Assembly: GCF_030684315.1 (NCBI RefSeq)
Contig: NC_081356.1
Coordinates: 79,468,835 to 79,532,834 of the forward strand
DNA from: Stegostoma tigrinum
Lineage: Eukaryota
DNA length: 64,000 nt
Reading direction: 5' to 3'
Numbering within the stretch: the stretch's first letter is position 1; the number at the start of each line of letters is the position of its first letter. Of this stretch, positions 51,601 through 63,474 are shown piece after piece. The translations under genes and the position numbers were made by a program. A model generated the notes under the pieces. That model had not been told where the DNA came from. It did not search any database and saw only the letters and a program-made list of their open reading frames with translations.

Positions 51601-53721
51601 CCAATGATTTTATATGCGGATGCAAGGCTTCAATGTAGTAACATAATACCAATCATTTTCCTAAATGACTACTACCGATGCTCATAGGCAACTTCCAAAC
51701 CTTACCAAGAACAACGAGGTTCTTACAAGTGGATATTATTGATTTTTGTGTCCAAAGATTGTCTTAAAATGATTGTCTTAATATCAATCTCAGTTACTGC
51801 AAGGCAAAGCAACTTCAGCAAAGCTATGTCAGTTGACAACTAGCTACAAAAGCCGAAAAAGATCTTCAATCAGTGGGTGGACTAAATTCTTCCAACATGT
51901 CCCAAAGCAAGGATGTTCTTTCTGGTCATTCAGAGAGGAATTTAGACTCTCTCGTAATGTGACCTTAAAAACCAAAAACAAGTGATAGTTCCACAAGCTC
52001 TGTGTGAAGACATGCTAAACGACCTGGTACAGGGAAAACTAGGAGTTTGGTGCCTGAACATGTTTTTGGCTCAGCACAAATAAAGACATTAATCCACTCC
52101 CACTAATCAAGTTATGTTAAACATATCAATTCCATCGACGTCAAAAATACTGTTTCTCCTTGCACACAAGATTCCTTTTGAGTCATGGTACAAGATTGAT
52201 TGAATTCCAGTGACGCTATTACGTTCTTGTAACCAAGCACTTCATTAACTACCAATTTAGTTGACACATTGAACACCGTATAAAACAGAAATTATAGACT
52301 GGTTAGGCTGATATCGGCAGCAGGGGAAGTGCTGGTGCCACTATATTTATTTAATTGTAGAGCACTTGGAGAACAGTGATAGGACTGGGCAGAGTCAGCA
52401 CAGATTGAAAAAAAGAGAAATCATATTGACATATCTACTGGAATTCTTTGCAGATGTGACTATTAAGTTGATGAGGGAGAGACAGTAGATATGTTCCATT
52501 AAGTGTATGGAGAGAAAGTGGGAACAGGTTATTGAATTGGGTGATCAGCCATGACCATCTTGAAGTTTAAAGCAGGCTTGATGGGCTGAGTGGCCTACAC
52601 CCACTCATATTTCCTATTTTTCTTTGTTTCTATGACCTAAATTTGGCTGAAAGATGGACAGAATTGGCGACTCGGCAATCCTGATTGTATAGTATCAGAC
52701 AAGACAGAGAGGAATATAGAAATGGAAGACGGGGTGGTCATAATATTGATCAAAGAAAGCTTGTAATCCAATCTGATGAATGGCTTGTTGACCTCTATGA
52801 ACCTTTCCCATCTCAAAGTCCATCTTCATAGCAACAAAAATCACATAGTATTCTACCGGAATACAAGACCTAACTAACTATCCTTTAGACTCTGAACCCT
52901 TATCTCTTAAAACTCAATTGACAGTTAAAGTATAACTATTTACAAAGCTTGATATTCTTACCACCTTCCTGCGACTTTAAAGAATAATGATCCATTATTG
53001 GCCTGCTGTGTTCATCCAGCTCTACAACTTGATATCACACTTCCTCACCATCTTCCTTTCTCCATTTTACCCTGAATTGAAAGCATAGTTCCAAAAAAAT
53101 CATCTTATAAAATCTTATGATTGTAACATTAGTTTCTGCTCGATAAGATGTGGTGAACGAAAATGTAGTGCTTCACTTCCTGTGACCCACAACTTTTAGA
53201 CTCTATTCATACAGATGAGTACTGAACAATTCTAATAAAATTATCCAAGTCCAATCGTATATATTTTGTTGAATGAAACTGGTTAAAATATTTAGTAAGC
53301 CTGGCGTTAAGGTTACATTGATCCTTGCAGCCTGTTAAAGGTACGTACCATTCTTTGCTGCCTTACAATATTTCTTGTCCTGTGAGTGATTCTGTAAGTG
53401 CTTTATTGATTGCCTGTCTAGATCAGTGCTGTTATGTACAAGCTCCTATGTTGAGTTAAAATGCAGTTTATTTGACCACCGTCACCAGAAGCAGTGCTCA
53501 TATGCACAATGGGAGAATGTGGCTGTACCACAATGTCACTCATCCAAAAAAAATACAAAAATTGATGGAGTAGTACCAAAGAGAACCTATATCCTGAAAT
53601 AATTTTGATATTACGCTTTCTTTAAATAGCCTGAAACTAAAATGTGATCTGTGCTAATGTTGACCTTTGACCCTTGTCCTTTCCTCTTAAGACTGAACAG
53701 CATTAAATAAGAACAGAATTA

Positions 53722-54225
53722 AAACAACAACTAGCATTTATATAGCGCCTCTAAGATTGTAAAACATCCACAGTTAATCACAAGTGTATTATCAAAAACA
53801 TTGACACCAATTCACTTGAGTTATTAGGGCAGATGAGAGACAGATTTTAAGGATAAGGAAAAAGAAAGACAGAAGTGGAGAGGTTGAATGAGGTAACTCT
53901 TGTCCTTAAGACCCAAGCAGCTAAGATTGCCAATTGTGGACCAGCTAAAATTAGGGATACCCAAGAGGCTGAAATTTGAAGAGATGAGAGACATCTGTGA
54001 ATTATAGGATTGAGGCAATTACACAAATAGAGATAAACAAGGGCATGAAGGATTTGAAAACAAGCATGAGAATTTTTAAATTGGGCTGTTGCCAGACTGG
54101 AGGGAGTATAGCGAGTGAGCAGGATCTGGCGTGAGTTAATATTCAGGCAGCAGATCTTTGGATGAATTTATGTTTGCAAAGGATAGAAGGTCAGAAGCTG
54201 GTCAAGACACCATTGGAATAGTCAA
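53722..54225 (-). mobile_element. L2-like LINE 3' end
   Basis: acaacaactagcatttatatagcgcct is the reverse complement of an aggcgctatataaatgc..gttgttgt tail; similar tail near 28203. Confidence 0.5.
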
Positions 54226-54426
54226 AGTATTAACCTATATTTATATAGTGTTTTTTTTAAAGCACATTACAGCTAATCAAGTGCTTTTGAAGGGAAGCAG
54301 CTGTTATGATGTGAAAAAGCATCAGCCAAATTATGCGCAGCAAAGTGCCACAAACAGTATTGTGATTATTACAGATAATCTGTTTTGGTGATATTGGTTT
54401 ATGCAAACTTAACATTGGTCAGATCA

Positions 54427-54930
54427 GTTTGTAGATTTTTTCGCCAGGCTGGTGTGTTTGATTGCAGACCTTTCGTCGCCCTGCTGAGTAACATTGTCAG
54501 TGCGCCTCCAGTGAAGCAATGGTGTTCTGTCCTGCTTGCAATTTATATGGCTTGGTTTGCTGGGGTGGCTGGTATTCCTTCCAGTTTTGTCTCTCAGTGG
54601 TTTGTATATCGGGTCCAGTTCAATGTGTTTGTTGATGGAGCTCTGGTTGGAATGTCAGGCTTCCAGGAATTCCCTGGCATGTGTCTTCAACAAATATACT
54701 GAACTGGACCCAATATACAAACCACTGAAAAACAAAACTGGAAGTAATGCCAACCACTCCAGCAATCAAAGGATATAAATAACAACCGGAATAGAACACT
54801 AAAACCTGGCCGGAGGCGCACTGACGATGTTACCTAGCAGGATGACGAAATGTCTGCAATCAAACGCACAAGCTCAGCGAGGAGGTCTATAATCTCATCC
54901 ACAACCCGAACTACAAATCTCCTCAAAAAC
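54427..54930. mobile_element. Second PLE lineage (family C, Poseidon-like) fold-back copy
   Basis: Arms ~54446-54634 and ~54687-54878 inverted; minus strand encodes HAREFLEA*HSNQSSINKHIELDPIYKPL (GIY-YIG C-terminus); 8-bp TSD tcagatca (54419-54426, 54931-54938). Confidence 0.82.
54821..54854 (+). ncRNA. Degenerate hammerhead core of PLE family C
   Basis: gca-ctgacga t gttacc tagca ggatgac gaaat gtc-tgc; gca/tgc can form helix I; mirror copy at 54467-54500 on minus. Confidence 0.62.
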
Positions 54931-55268
54931 TCAGATCACTAGGGCTGCGATTGCCTGAATGGGTTAATCCTCATTCAGAAGCCTCCGTAACAGATTCTTT
55001 GTCATACAATATAAATGGGGCCCATGTCAAAATGAAGGCTGTCCTCTGGTGATATCTCTATTGAAGTAAGAATCAAAGGTGCAGAAGCTCAGTCAGCAAC
55101 TGTGCATTTGTGTGACTATGATTTTTATTTTTGTACTTTACATATTATAATAGAGCATAACAAATGTAAAGTAGAGGTCCTGTGAGGAGTATTATTTTAT
55201 ATACTGTATATTTTATCACTGTGGAATTTAATTATTTTGAAAATTGAGACTTGTCATCGTCTTCTTAG

Positions 55269-55349
55269 CTCCAAGATAACCAAACAGGATAGTAGTCCAA
55301 ACACACAAACTAAATCTGGTGCACCATGGAAAGAAAATGGACCCCAAAG
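55269..55349 (+). CDS. EPB41L4A: EPB41L4A coding exon
   Basis: cttcttag| ... |gtagga; (S)SKITKQDSSPNTQTKSGAPWKENGPQ(S), cf. human KSHAPWEENGPQS. Confidence 0.9.
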
Positions 55350-55471
55350 GTAGGAACTAGCATTAGAAATCAAATCATATCTTCTCTCTCCATTGAAATT
55401 ACCAGTTGTTCTTTTAAATAGTCACCAGGTGACTAAAATGATTTGAAAACTCTACTTCTGATACTGTGTGA

Positions 55472-55895
55472 TAATAAAATGTGAGGCTGGATGAACACAG
55501 CAGGCCCAGCAGCATCTCAAGAGCACAAAAGCTGACGTTTCGGGCCAAGACCCTTCATCAGAGAGGGGGATGAGGTGAGGGTTCTGGAATAAATAGGGAG
55601 AGGGGGAGGTGGACCGAAGATGGAGAGAAAAGAAGATAGGTGGGGAGGAGAGTATAGGTGGGGAGGTAGGAAGGGGATAGGTCAGTCCAGGGAAGACGGA
55701 CAGGTCAAGGAGGTGGGATGAGGTTAGTAGGTAGGGAATGGAGGTGCGGCTTGGGGTGGGAGGAAGGGATGGGTGAGAGGAAGAACAGGTTAGGGAGGCA
55801 GAGACAGGCTGGACTGGTTTTGGGATGCAGTGGGTGGAGGGGAAGAGCTGGGCTGGTTGTGGGGTGCAGTGGGGGGAGGGGATGAACTGGGCTGG
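55472..55895 (-). mobile_element. PLE family A copy ~120 nt downstream of a coding exon
   Basis: Collinear with 9497-9920; core 55534-55561; 10-bp TSD tactgtgtga (55462-55471, 55896-55905). Confidence 0.92.
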
Positions 55896-56169
55896 TACTG
55901 TGTGACCTTGGATTGCATTTGGCACAACAGCAGTTTCTTGTTTCAAATTTTCATGACAAGTGCCTTCTTTCAGAGGAATAACATTGAACTCTTGTACACG
56001 TACTTTTCAATTCAGATCAGTTTTATAGACCAACCTAGGGACAAATTTCAACCAAAACAAGGGAGAAGGTGGGTTGGGGGTTGGAGGCAGTGGATGGGAG
56101 AGGGGTGTGGGCGAGGGTTTATACTCATTGGATTTCTGGTTTCAACCCAGTCACTCTTGACTTTAATGG

Positions 56170-56830
56170 AAGTTGGAAGGTGATTGGGTGCCCAAGCTGT
56201 CAGAAAGAGGCACATTGGTACTTGGCAAATGATGGTGAGGTTGCAAGCTTTATTGTCTGCCAACTTATTGAATTTTTCTGATGTTGGCCTGCTTTTGTCA
56301 GCCTTGAGAAATGTGGGAGCTAGACCGAGGTGGATGTCTGGAAGATACTTGGCGTCAGTACCCTTAGACCTCCCTGCTAGATTCAGCATCGGCCTGAGGA
56401 AGTTCTGTGGTCGTATATCCTAACCCTTATGAAGATTCCCACAGACCCTTTTCCATCCTCTTGCCAAAGCCTCTGATTATACCCAGCGGCCTCTGAGTTC
56501 TTCCCATTGAGGCCCTTGACCATTTCCAAGTCTCTGATTTCTATCAAGGGCTTTGAATCCCATCCAAGAGTTTCTTCCTTCTTCCCACAAAGCATCCAAC
56601 ATTTTCTCTCAATCTCAGATGCCATTTGAGGCCTCTACACTTCCCCACCTCATGGCTACCATCTCATCAGTTCAATAAAATAATGATTCTGAAAGTGTTA
56701 ATGTTGGAAATGGCATTCAGCTCCATCCAGGTTGATGATGTCCTAAAAATTATGGTAGTAAAAGGCAAAACATTTCAGCATCTCCATAGATGACAGACCT
56801 GTTACCCTTGGTGCCCATCATAGTCCTTAA
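56170..56830 (-). mobile_element. Very old non-CR1 LINE RT remnant (I/Nimb/Ingi-like?)
   Basis: Minus strand: degenerate YADD equivalent VIYGDA (~56790) and LAGRSKG.D motif (cf. LAG..WGA) in ORF 56048..56389. Confidence 0.35.
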
Positions 56831-57056
56831 CAATTTCTAACCTACGAATGCAAATTGTTTTCATGCAATTAACTACATCGTACTTAAAACAAAAGCTTCT
56901 TCTCACTGAGGACCTCATTAGTTGTGGTGCAGTCGTACTGTTCCTATCACTGGATTGGGAAGCCTGGGTTCAATCTAAGTTCCTCCAGCGGTGCGTAACA
57001 GTATCTCTGAACAGGCTGAATTAAAAAAATATAAAAACCAAGCACTCACTAATGGT

Positions 57057-57142
57057 AATAAAATGTGAGGCTGGATGAACACAGCAGGCCAAGCAGCATC
57101 TCAGGAGCACAAAAGCTGACGTTTCGGGCCGAGACCCTTTAT
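57057..57142 (-). mobile_element. 86-bp PLE family A copy ending at the hammerhead
   Basis: 14-bp TSD cactcactaatggt (57043-57056, 57143-57156). Confidence 0.9.
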
Positions 57143-57623
57143 CACTCACTAATGGTTTTCCCCTGCCACTGTAAACCAAGTAGGTCCTTAGACTCAGGCA
57201 AAGAAAGAACAGGTGGCACCAATCTTCCCATACACAAGCTGGTGCTGGTTAGCATCACAACACATACAACATAATCTACCCCCAACATCCAAGCTGTAAC
57301 ACCCAACCCTAAGATCAGCCCATGCCCCCAGTGCTGATGTGCCTGCCCTCATAATTACATAGCTGTTTTACCTCCACAACCGGTAGAGGGCATCTCGAGG
57401 TAGAGTTTCAGCACAACTTTCTGATTCACTGACTCCAGATTGAACTTGCAAGTAAAAATCTAGCTCATTGTGGCTTTTTCTCCCCACTGCCAACAAAACA
57501 AAAAATACTCCTTTGAACCCAGAAAAACATCAGCATGCAAACTGCCAGAGATGCTAAAATACTGAATGCACCTCTCAATATTATCTTTAATTATCTAATC
57601 ACATACTGAATTTCTTTTTCCAG

Positions 57624-57737
57624 TGGATTATACATTTCTCCAAGTGAACGCAACAAATCTCCAAAATTCCCTCATCCTAAACGACGGACTCCTTCTGGAG
57701 GAAGTGATAACGAGTCAGGTCAGCCTGGGAGGCGAAG
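57624..57737 (+). CDS. EPB41L4A: EPB41L4A coding exon
   Basis: tttctttttccag| ... |gtaaga; (S)[37 protein letters not shown](R), cf. human GLYNSPSDRTKSPKFP. Confidence 0.93.
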
Positions 57738-58326
57738 GTAAGATTTTGTTATATTTTTTAAAAGCAGTAGATTCTGTTGCGGTTTTGACCAAAGCCTGAC
57801 TTCCCTGAACCATTCCCATTCCCTGTTTAGACACATCCAGACTTCATGTCAACTGAAATCATCTCACCTGTTGTACTCCTGGGTCAGGTCAAGAACAAGC
57901 TGCTTCTCCCCAATGCCCATCTGATATGTAGCGCTGTACTCAAAAACAGCACAAGAAAGTAGTGTTAATAATGTATTTCAGAAAATAAATGCAACCTCAA
58001 GAAGGTGGCCCGGGTTAGCTTGTGAATCTGGTGGTGTTCTTATATTTAGAAGCACAGAATGAGAAAAACGGCTTGGATCGGATAATATTACACTCTGTTT
58101 CTATTAAGGGTCATGGTGAGCAGCTGCTTTCTAAAAATTAGTTTAGTCACATTGACACTAACAGTAGTTTGGGAACAGTCGCACTTCTGACTCCATGTTT
58201 TCTCTCTGAAGAGAAAAAGGGAATAAATTACAGAAAAGGGAGGAAACAAAAAAACCTTCTTGGGGAAAACGATGTTTTAAAACGTTTACTATGTTTGTCC
58301 GATAATTACATATTTACAAAATCATA

Positions 58327-58852
58327 GATAATGGGAACTGCAGATGCTGGAGATTCCAAGATAATAAAATGTGAGGCTGGATGAACACAGCAGGCCAAGC
58401 AGCATCTCAGGAGCACAAAAGCTGACGTTTCGGGCCTAGACCCTTCATCAGAGAGGGGGATGGGGGGAGGGAACTGGAATAAATAGGGAGAGAGGGGGAG
58501 GCGGACCGAAGATGGAGAGTAAAGAAGATAGGTGGAGAGGGTGTAGGTGGGGAGGTAGGGAGGGGATAGGTCAGTCCAGGGAAGACGGACAGGTCAAGGA
58601 GGTGGGATGAGGTTAGTAGGTAGCTGGGGGTGCGGCTTGGGGTGGGAGGAAGGGATGGGTGAGAGGAAGAACCGGTTAGGGAGGCAGAGACAGGTTGGAC
58701 TGGTTTTGGGATGCAGTGGGTGGGGGGGAAGAGCTGGGCTGGTTGTGTGGTGCAGTGGGGGGAGGGGATGAACTGGGCTGGTTGAGGGATGCAGTGGGGG
58801 AAGGGGAGATTTTGAAACTGGTGAAGTCCACATTGATACCATATGGCTGCAG
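58327..58852 (-). mobile_element. 5'-truncated PLE family A copy without inverted arm
   Basis: Near identical to 9463-9989; core 58424-58451; 15-bp TSD atttacaaaatcata (58312-58326, 58853-58867). Confidence 0.93.
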
Positions 58853-59259
58853 ATTTACAAAATCATAACGTTTGAGTGTTAACCATGACAGCCCCAGGAA
58901 TTTTGCATGCCATTCATTATGCAGCTTCCTTCTTCCTTGTGTGCAGATTGAACTACGGGTTAAAACTTGGCAACGATCACAGAAATATGGCTCTAGGTAA
59001 CACTACACCGGCTCAATGAATAAGTACAAAATTAATGACCGTTCTTAGAAATATTGAATCGAAATGAGACTATTATACGGTGCTGTTCTTTCTCAGTTTC
59101 GTAGTTCGCAGTGTGAAATTGTTCTATTTGGGGACTGCAAGCATTTCATGTTACAGGGTAATTAGAACAACTTTACAAACATTTCTTGTGCCTTGCTGTT
59201 GAAACCCGAATGAGCAAGTGTTGATGACAATGAAATAGACAAATATGGTGGTCCAATGT

Positions 59260-59590
59260 TTTTAATTCTATATTTGGGATGTGGACATGCTCCCAAGCCC
59301 AGCATTTAATTGGCTTCCCTATATGGCTTTGAACTGAATACTTGTACCTTGCCAGGCCATTTCATTGGGACCAGGTAAAGCCTGCAGATTACCTTCTCTA
59401 AAGGGCATGAGTAAACCAGATGGGTTTTTACAACAGTTTATAGTTTCGTGGTCATTATTATTGAGACAGGATTTATTAACTGAATGTTAATTCTACCAGC
59501 AGCCATTGGTGGGATTTGGATCCACATCTCCTAAGTGTTAGCCTGAACCTTTAGATTGCTATTCCTGTGTCATTAACATAAGCCACCATC
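59260..59590 (-). mobile_element. Deu-domain SINE, decayed
   Basis: ctaaagggcatgagtaaaccagatgggttttt; gtgggatttgga. Confidence 0.62.
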
Positions 59591-60388
59591 TGGCCACTAT
59601 TATTGCTATCATTATTGGTGATTATTCTAGCAGGCAAGGTTGTGACTTCAAGTTCTACTGTGGCATCCTGAACTTTAAGTCTTATTGTTTGTGGAGTTGG
59701 TATGAGGAAGATAATGATGAAAGCTATCATTCTGTTTTAAAACCACAAGTGTTTTACTAATATCATTCAAAGAAGGCAATCGACTGTATTGTTTGGCCTA
59801 TTTGTGACTTGGGTATCTTAACTGCAATATGCTGCTGCTCCCCTTATTTTATGAGAACCTGTCTTTCAATAGAGCCACAAGAAATAATTAAAGCTCATAA
59901 AATAGGTGATGGTTGATGGAGTTAGGCTCTGCATAGAGTCTGAATCAAGGGGTCTGGTGGAAAAATCATTTAAAAAATGGCTTTCAACATTTTGAAGACT
60001 CAGGCCCATAGCTGATCCATTTCTGCCAAACCTAACACAGCAAGACGTTCTTTGTACCTCCCTGTAAAGGAACAATTCAGCTTCTTTGGCCCTATTATTT
60101 CCACATAATACAGCAAGTCTTTCCACGTTAAGTATTGATCCAATTCTCATTTAAATTTTAATACTGAACCTACATCAACCATACTTTTCAGGCAGTGCAA
60201 TCCAGATTATAACAACTCAATGTGTATATTTTTAAAGAAAAATTCTCATGACACCTCTGGTTCTTTTACAATTACATTAAATCTTTATCCTTGGACTACT
60301 GGTCTTTTTAGCATGGGAAAGAGTTCCTGTTTATTTACTCTGTTAGAAACCCTTCATTTTGAACATCAGTATTGAATCTCCTTTCATT

Positions 60389-60722
60389 GATAACAGTGTG
60401 GAGCTGGAGGAGGACAGCAGGCCAGGCAGCATCAGAGGAGCAGGAATATTGATATTTTGGGTCGGGGCCCTTCTTCAGAAATGGGGGAGGGGGAAGGGAG
60501 CTCAGAAATAAATAGAGAGACCTCCAACCTATCCACTCCTCTCATTGCCTGTAACTTCCCACTGGCACTCATCTATCACCATCCCCCCTACCTTCCCCAG
60601 CCCCACTCCTCCTCTCTCTCTTTCAACTTTCCTGCTTCTCTGATGCTGCCTGGCCAGCTGTGTTCCTCCACTTCTCACTGTGTTATCTCTGACTCCAGCA
60701 TCAGCAGTTCTTACTATCTCTG
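60389..60722. mobile_element. PLE family A variant fold-back copy inside a CR1 remnant
   Basis: Inverted arms gataacagtgtggagctgg... / ...cactgtgttatc plus cagcagttcttactatctc tail; flanking tgaatctccttt duplication (60373-60384, 60725-60736). Confidence 0.8.
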
Positions 60723-60925
60723 AGTGAATCTCCTTTTTAAACTTCTCTGTTTTAAGACCAACGATCCTAGTTTTACCAGTCCAGATTTCTGTATGCGTAA
60801 ACCCTAATTAGAGATGCTTGTTTGTCCCCTTGAAGGTAAATTCTTGCTCATTGTAGATGTTCAATGTATCCCTGTGGTAGGGAAAAAAAGATGTAATTTG
60901 ATTTCAACTTTTTTGACCCAACCAG

Positions 60926-60976
60926 GAAGAACCAAAACAATGGAGAGAATACAGATTCAAAACAACAAAAGAGAAG
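60926..60976 (+). CDS. EPB41L4A: EPB41L4A short coding exon
   Basis: accag| ... |gtatgt; (R)KNQNNGENTDSKQQKR(R), positional equivalent of human KAHNSGEDSDLKQRR; keeps frame. Confidence 0.82.
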
Positions 60977-61559
60977 GTATGTTCTTTTAAAAAGTGGCAA
61001 ATGTGCACTTAAGTACCAGAAAATGTAACAGTGCAATTTTGTTCCTAGTTATTTGGGCGATTGTTTATTTGTGTATGGTAATATTTTCTACACAAATCTG
61101 GAATTGTTGATATACTTTGCACATCAAGTTATGTAAGCTACTTTGGTGGGCTAAAGTTATGAAGTTTTGACCTTTGGTTTAAATCATTAAGATCTTAATT
61201 TTTCAGCAAACGAGTTTTGAAAGATGATCTTTAAAGTTATTCCTTTATAATGAATTATCAAAATAGTGCAATCTGTTTCTTGTTTTGTGACTCTAATATT
61301 TTAGAATTAGATTTAGACACCTTTCCTTGTCGTATACACCAAGCCCAGATAACACATTCTGAATTTAAAATGCCCCTTCAAGGGAGGAGAAAATATCATA
61401 GCCTAAAATCGGTAGAAATCCTGAAGATGCATGAACCTAAACTAATAGAATGAATATGAAAAGGGAAAATAATCTGAGCTATTTATTCTGTTGATCAGAC
61501 CTTTATGATTTAAAGCAAATGATCGATTTCATTTGTAGAACCAACTGATTTCACTCCAA

Positions 61560-62500
61560 ATAGGATGTGTTTACCTGTTCAAGGCAGAAATGGGAGTCGG
61601 GAAGTATCCTGGCTCAGTGCGCCTGCCTCAGAAGCATGAACCTCCAGACTTTCATCCTGGAGGGTGGGTGGCTAGGTGAATAAAACCTGCAGTCAGTCCC
61701 ATCAATGCTAGGCATTTGGAGGTGGCACCAAGTTGAACCAGTATAAAGGCCTGCCATGGATCCGTGGGGCTTTGTACCAGTGATTTTTTTAAATCAATAT
61801 TGAGCACTGTAGTCCTTTTATACTGACATTCACTTACCACCTCCCCATTTCCATGTCCCATTCAGGTCAAACCATTCACCCCAACATTCAGCCAATGCCC
61901 CCTCCCCTAACCTCCTGAGCAAACCTATGTCTCTCCGTGACCCTTTATAATCTCTGTAAAGTTAATGTAAACATATACCCCAGCTGCCATCCTTTATCCT
62001 TATACCCTCCATGCCAACACCTGAAATATCCCCCATAGACAGACTTCAGGAGGCATACTGAGATGAAATGAATTAATATTCTACGCACATATCACAGACT
62101 TCGCTGTATATAGACATTTTCATTTATGAAAGCCCATTCAATAATTTAAAGTCCTGCAATCACCAAATCCCTTGTGCAGACATTTATATTCATAACCCAT
62201 ATCAATTATTGCTAATCCTTTTAATTCATACTTGGAGCTGTTAATCAAACTAAGAACTTGGAGTTCCTCCTTACTGAGGTAAAAAAAAGCCAGACAACAC
62301 TAATCCTGTAATGATAACCCTAGTCAAGAACCATTTTTGAAACTTCTAGAACTAGTTCTTCTTCATGGAGACACAGGCAGACTGTTTTGTTTCAAAATTT
62401 AAAGGGCAGGGATTTTAATGTCTTTGCAGCATGACAGTTCTGTATACCTTATCAGTGTTTGAACAGCATTAGCATCTCCATGAAATTGTGGACTATGCAC
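61560..62500 (+). repeat. Diverged second copy of the 26799-28155 repeat
   Basis: Shared blocks cagac.tcagga, attt.tattcataa, cttggagct.t.aatcaaact, tgtttcaaa.tttta.agg. Confidence 0.55.
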
Positions 62501-63396
62501 TGCAGATTGAGTGTATTCTTGAAGTGGTAATTATGGTCGTCTTGACATATGCATCATGTGTAGATGGATAGATTCTTGATGAACTAGGAAGTGAAAGATT
62601 ATTGGTGGTAGGTGGCTATGTGGAGTAATTAGATCAACTGTGATCGTCATGAATGGTAGAACAGGTTTGAACTGCTGAATGGCCAACTTTTTTTGTAAGA
62701 ATTCTTTCTGTATCTAAAATATGTTGGTCAGTGAAGCAATGTTGTTGTTGTTCACAATAGCTATAACTGGCCACAGATTTTCTGCATGCTCTTGAGCTAT
62801 TCCGAGATACAACTTCCAGCATTACACTTTTATACAAGCAAATGTGGCAAGCAACACTACGTCCCTTCAAAAATCTGTATAATGTCATTTTTAAAAACTG
62901 AATGAGAGGAAGAGAAACATTTGGAGAGATAATAAACAAAAAGTATAAGTAAAAAAAGACTTCTATCTTTAAAATTTTCAAAAATTATTGAATTCTGCAG
63001 GAATGAGAATCTGTTTTAAAAAGCTAACATTTATGTATCTATGAGGTAGTTTGACCATAATTAAGATCTGGCACTGCATTAAAAGTGCACTTGCATTTGA
63101 ATACACCAGCTCTACCTTTTTTATACAGTGGCTTCAATGCAGAGTCTGTTTGCAGGCCTATATTGTCGTACAGCATATGGAGGAACAGGGCAAATCAGGC
63201 TACAAGTGCTGGATTCCCATCTTTGACCGCACATGTTGAACCTGGAAGTCGTCCGATTACTCCACAATTACAGTAGTGCTGAAAGTGTCACTAACGCTCC
63301 TAACATAAATCTGAGCCAATGTTATTGTAACTTAAATTTCTGAATGCTAATCCAGCTAAATCCTATGAGGTAATATTTGTTTTCTTTCTGTCAAAG

Positions 63397-63474
63397 GTCC
63401 CGGTCCCGTGGAAATACCAGTGGCAGTGGTAGTGAGTCTGAAAATTCCAGTAGAGACCGTAAAAGACGTAACAG
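63397..63474 (+). CDS. EPB41L4A: EPB41L4A coding exon (Ser/Arg-rich); gene continues past the window
   Basis: tttctttctgtcaaag| ... |gtattc; (R)SRSRGNTSGSGSESENSSRDRKRRN(R), cf. human SRSRCNTSSGSESENSNRE. Confidence 0.93.

Noticed and set aside
3431-58852. Recurrent near-identical repeat considered as a CRISPR array or classical MITE
   Set aside because: Copies are dispersed, variable in length, have an asymmetric tail and variable TSDs, and connect to a GIY-YIG ORF; this fits retrotransposition, and the DNA is eukaryotic.
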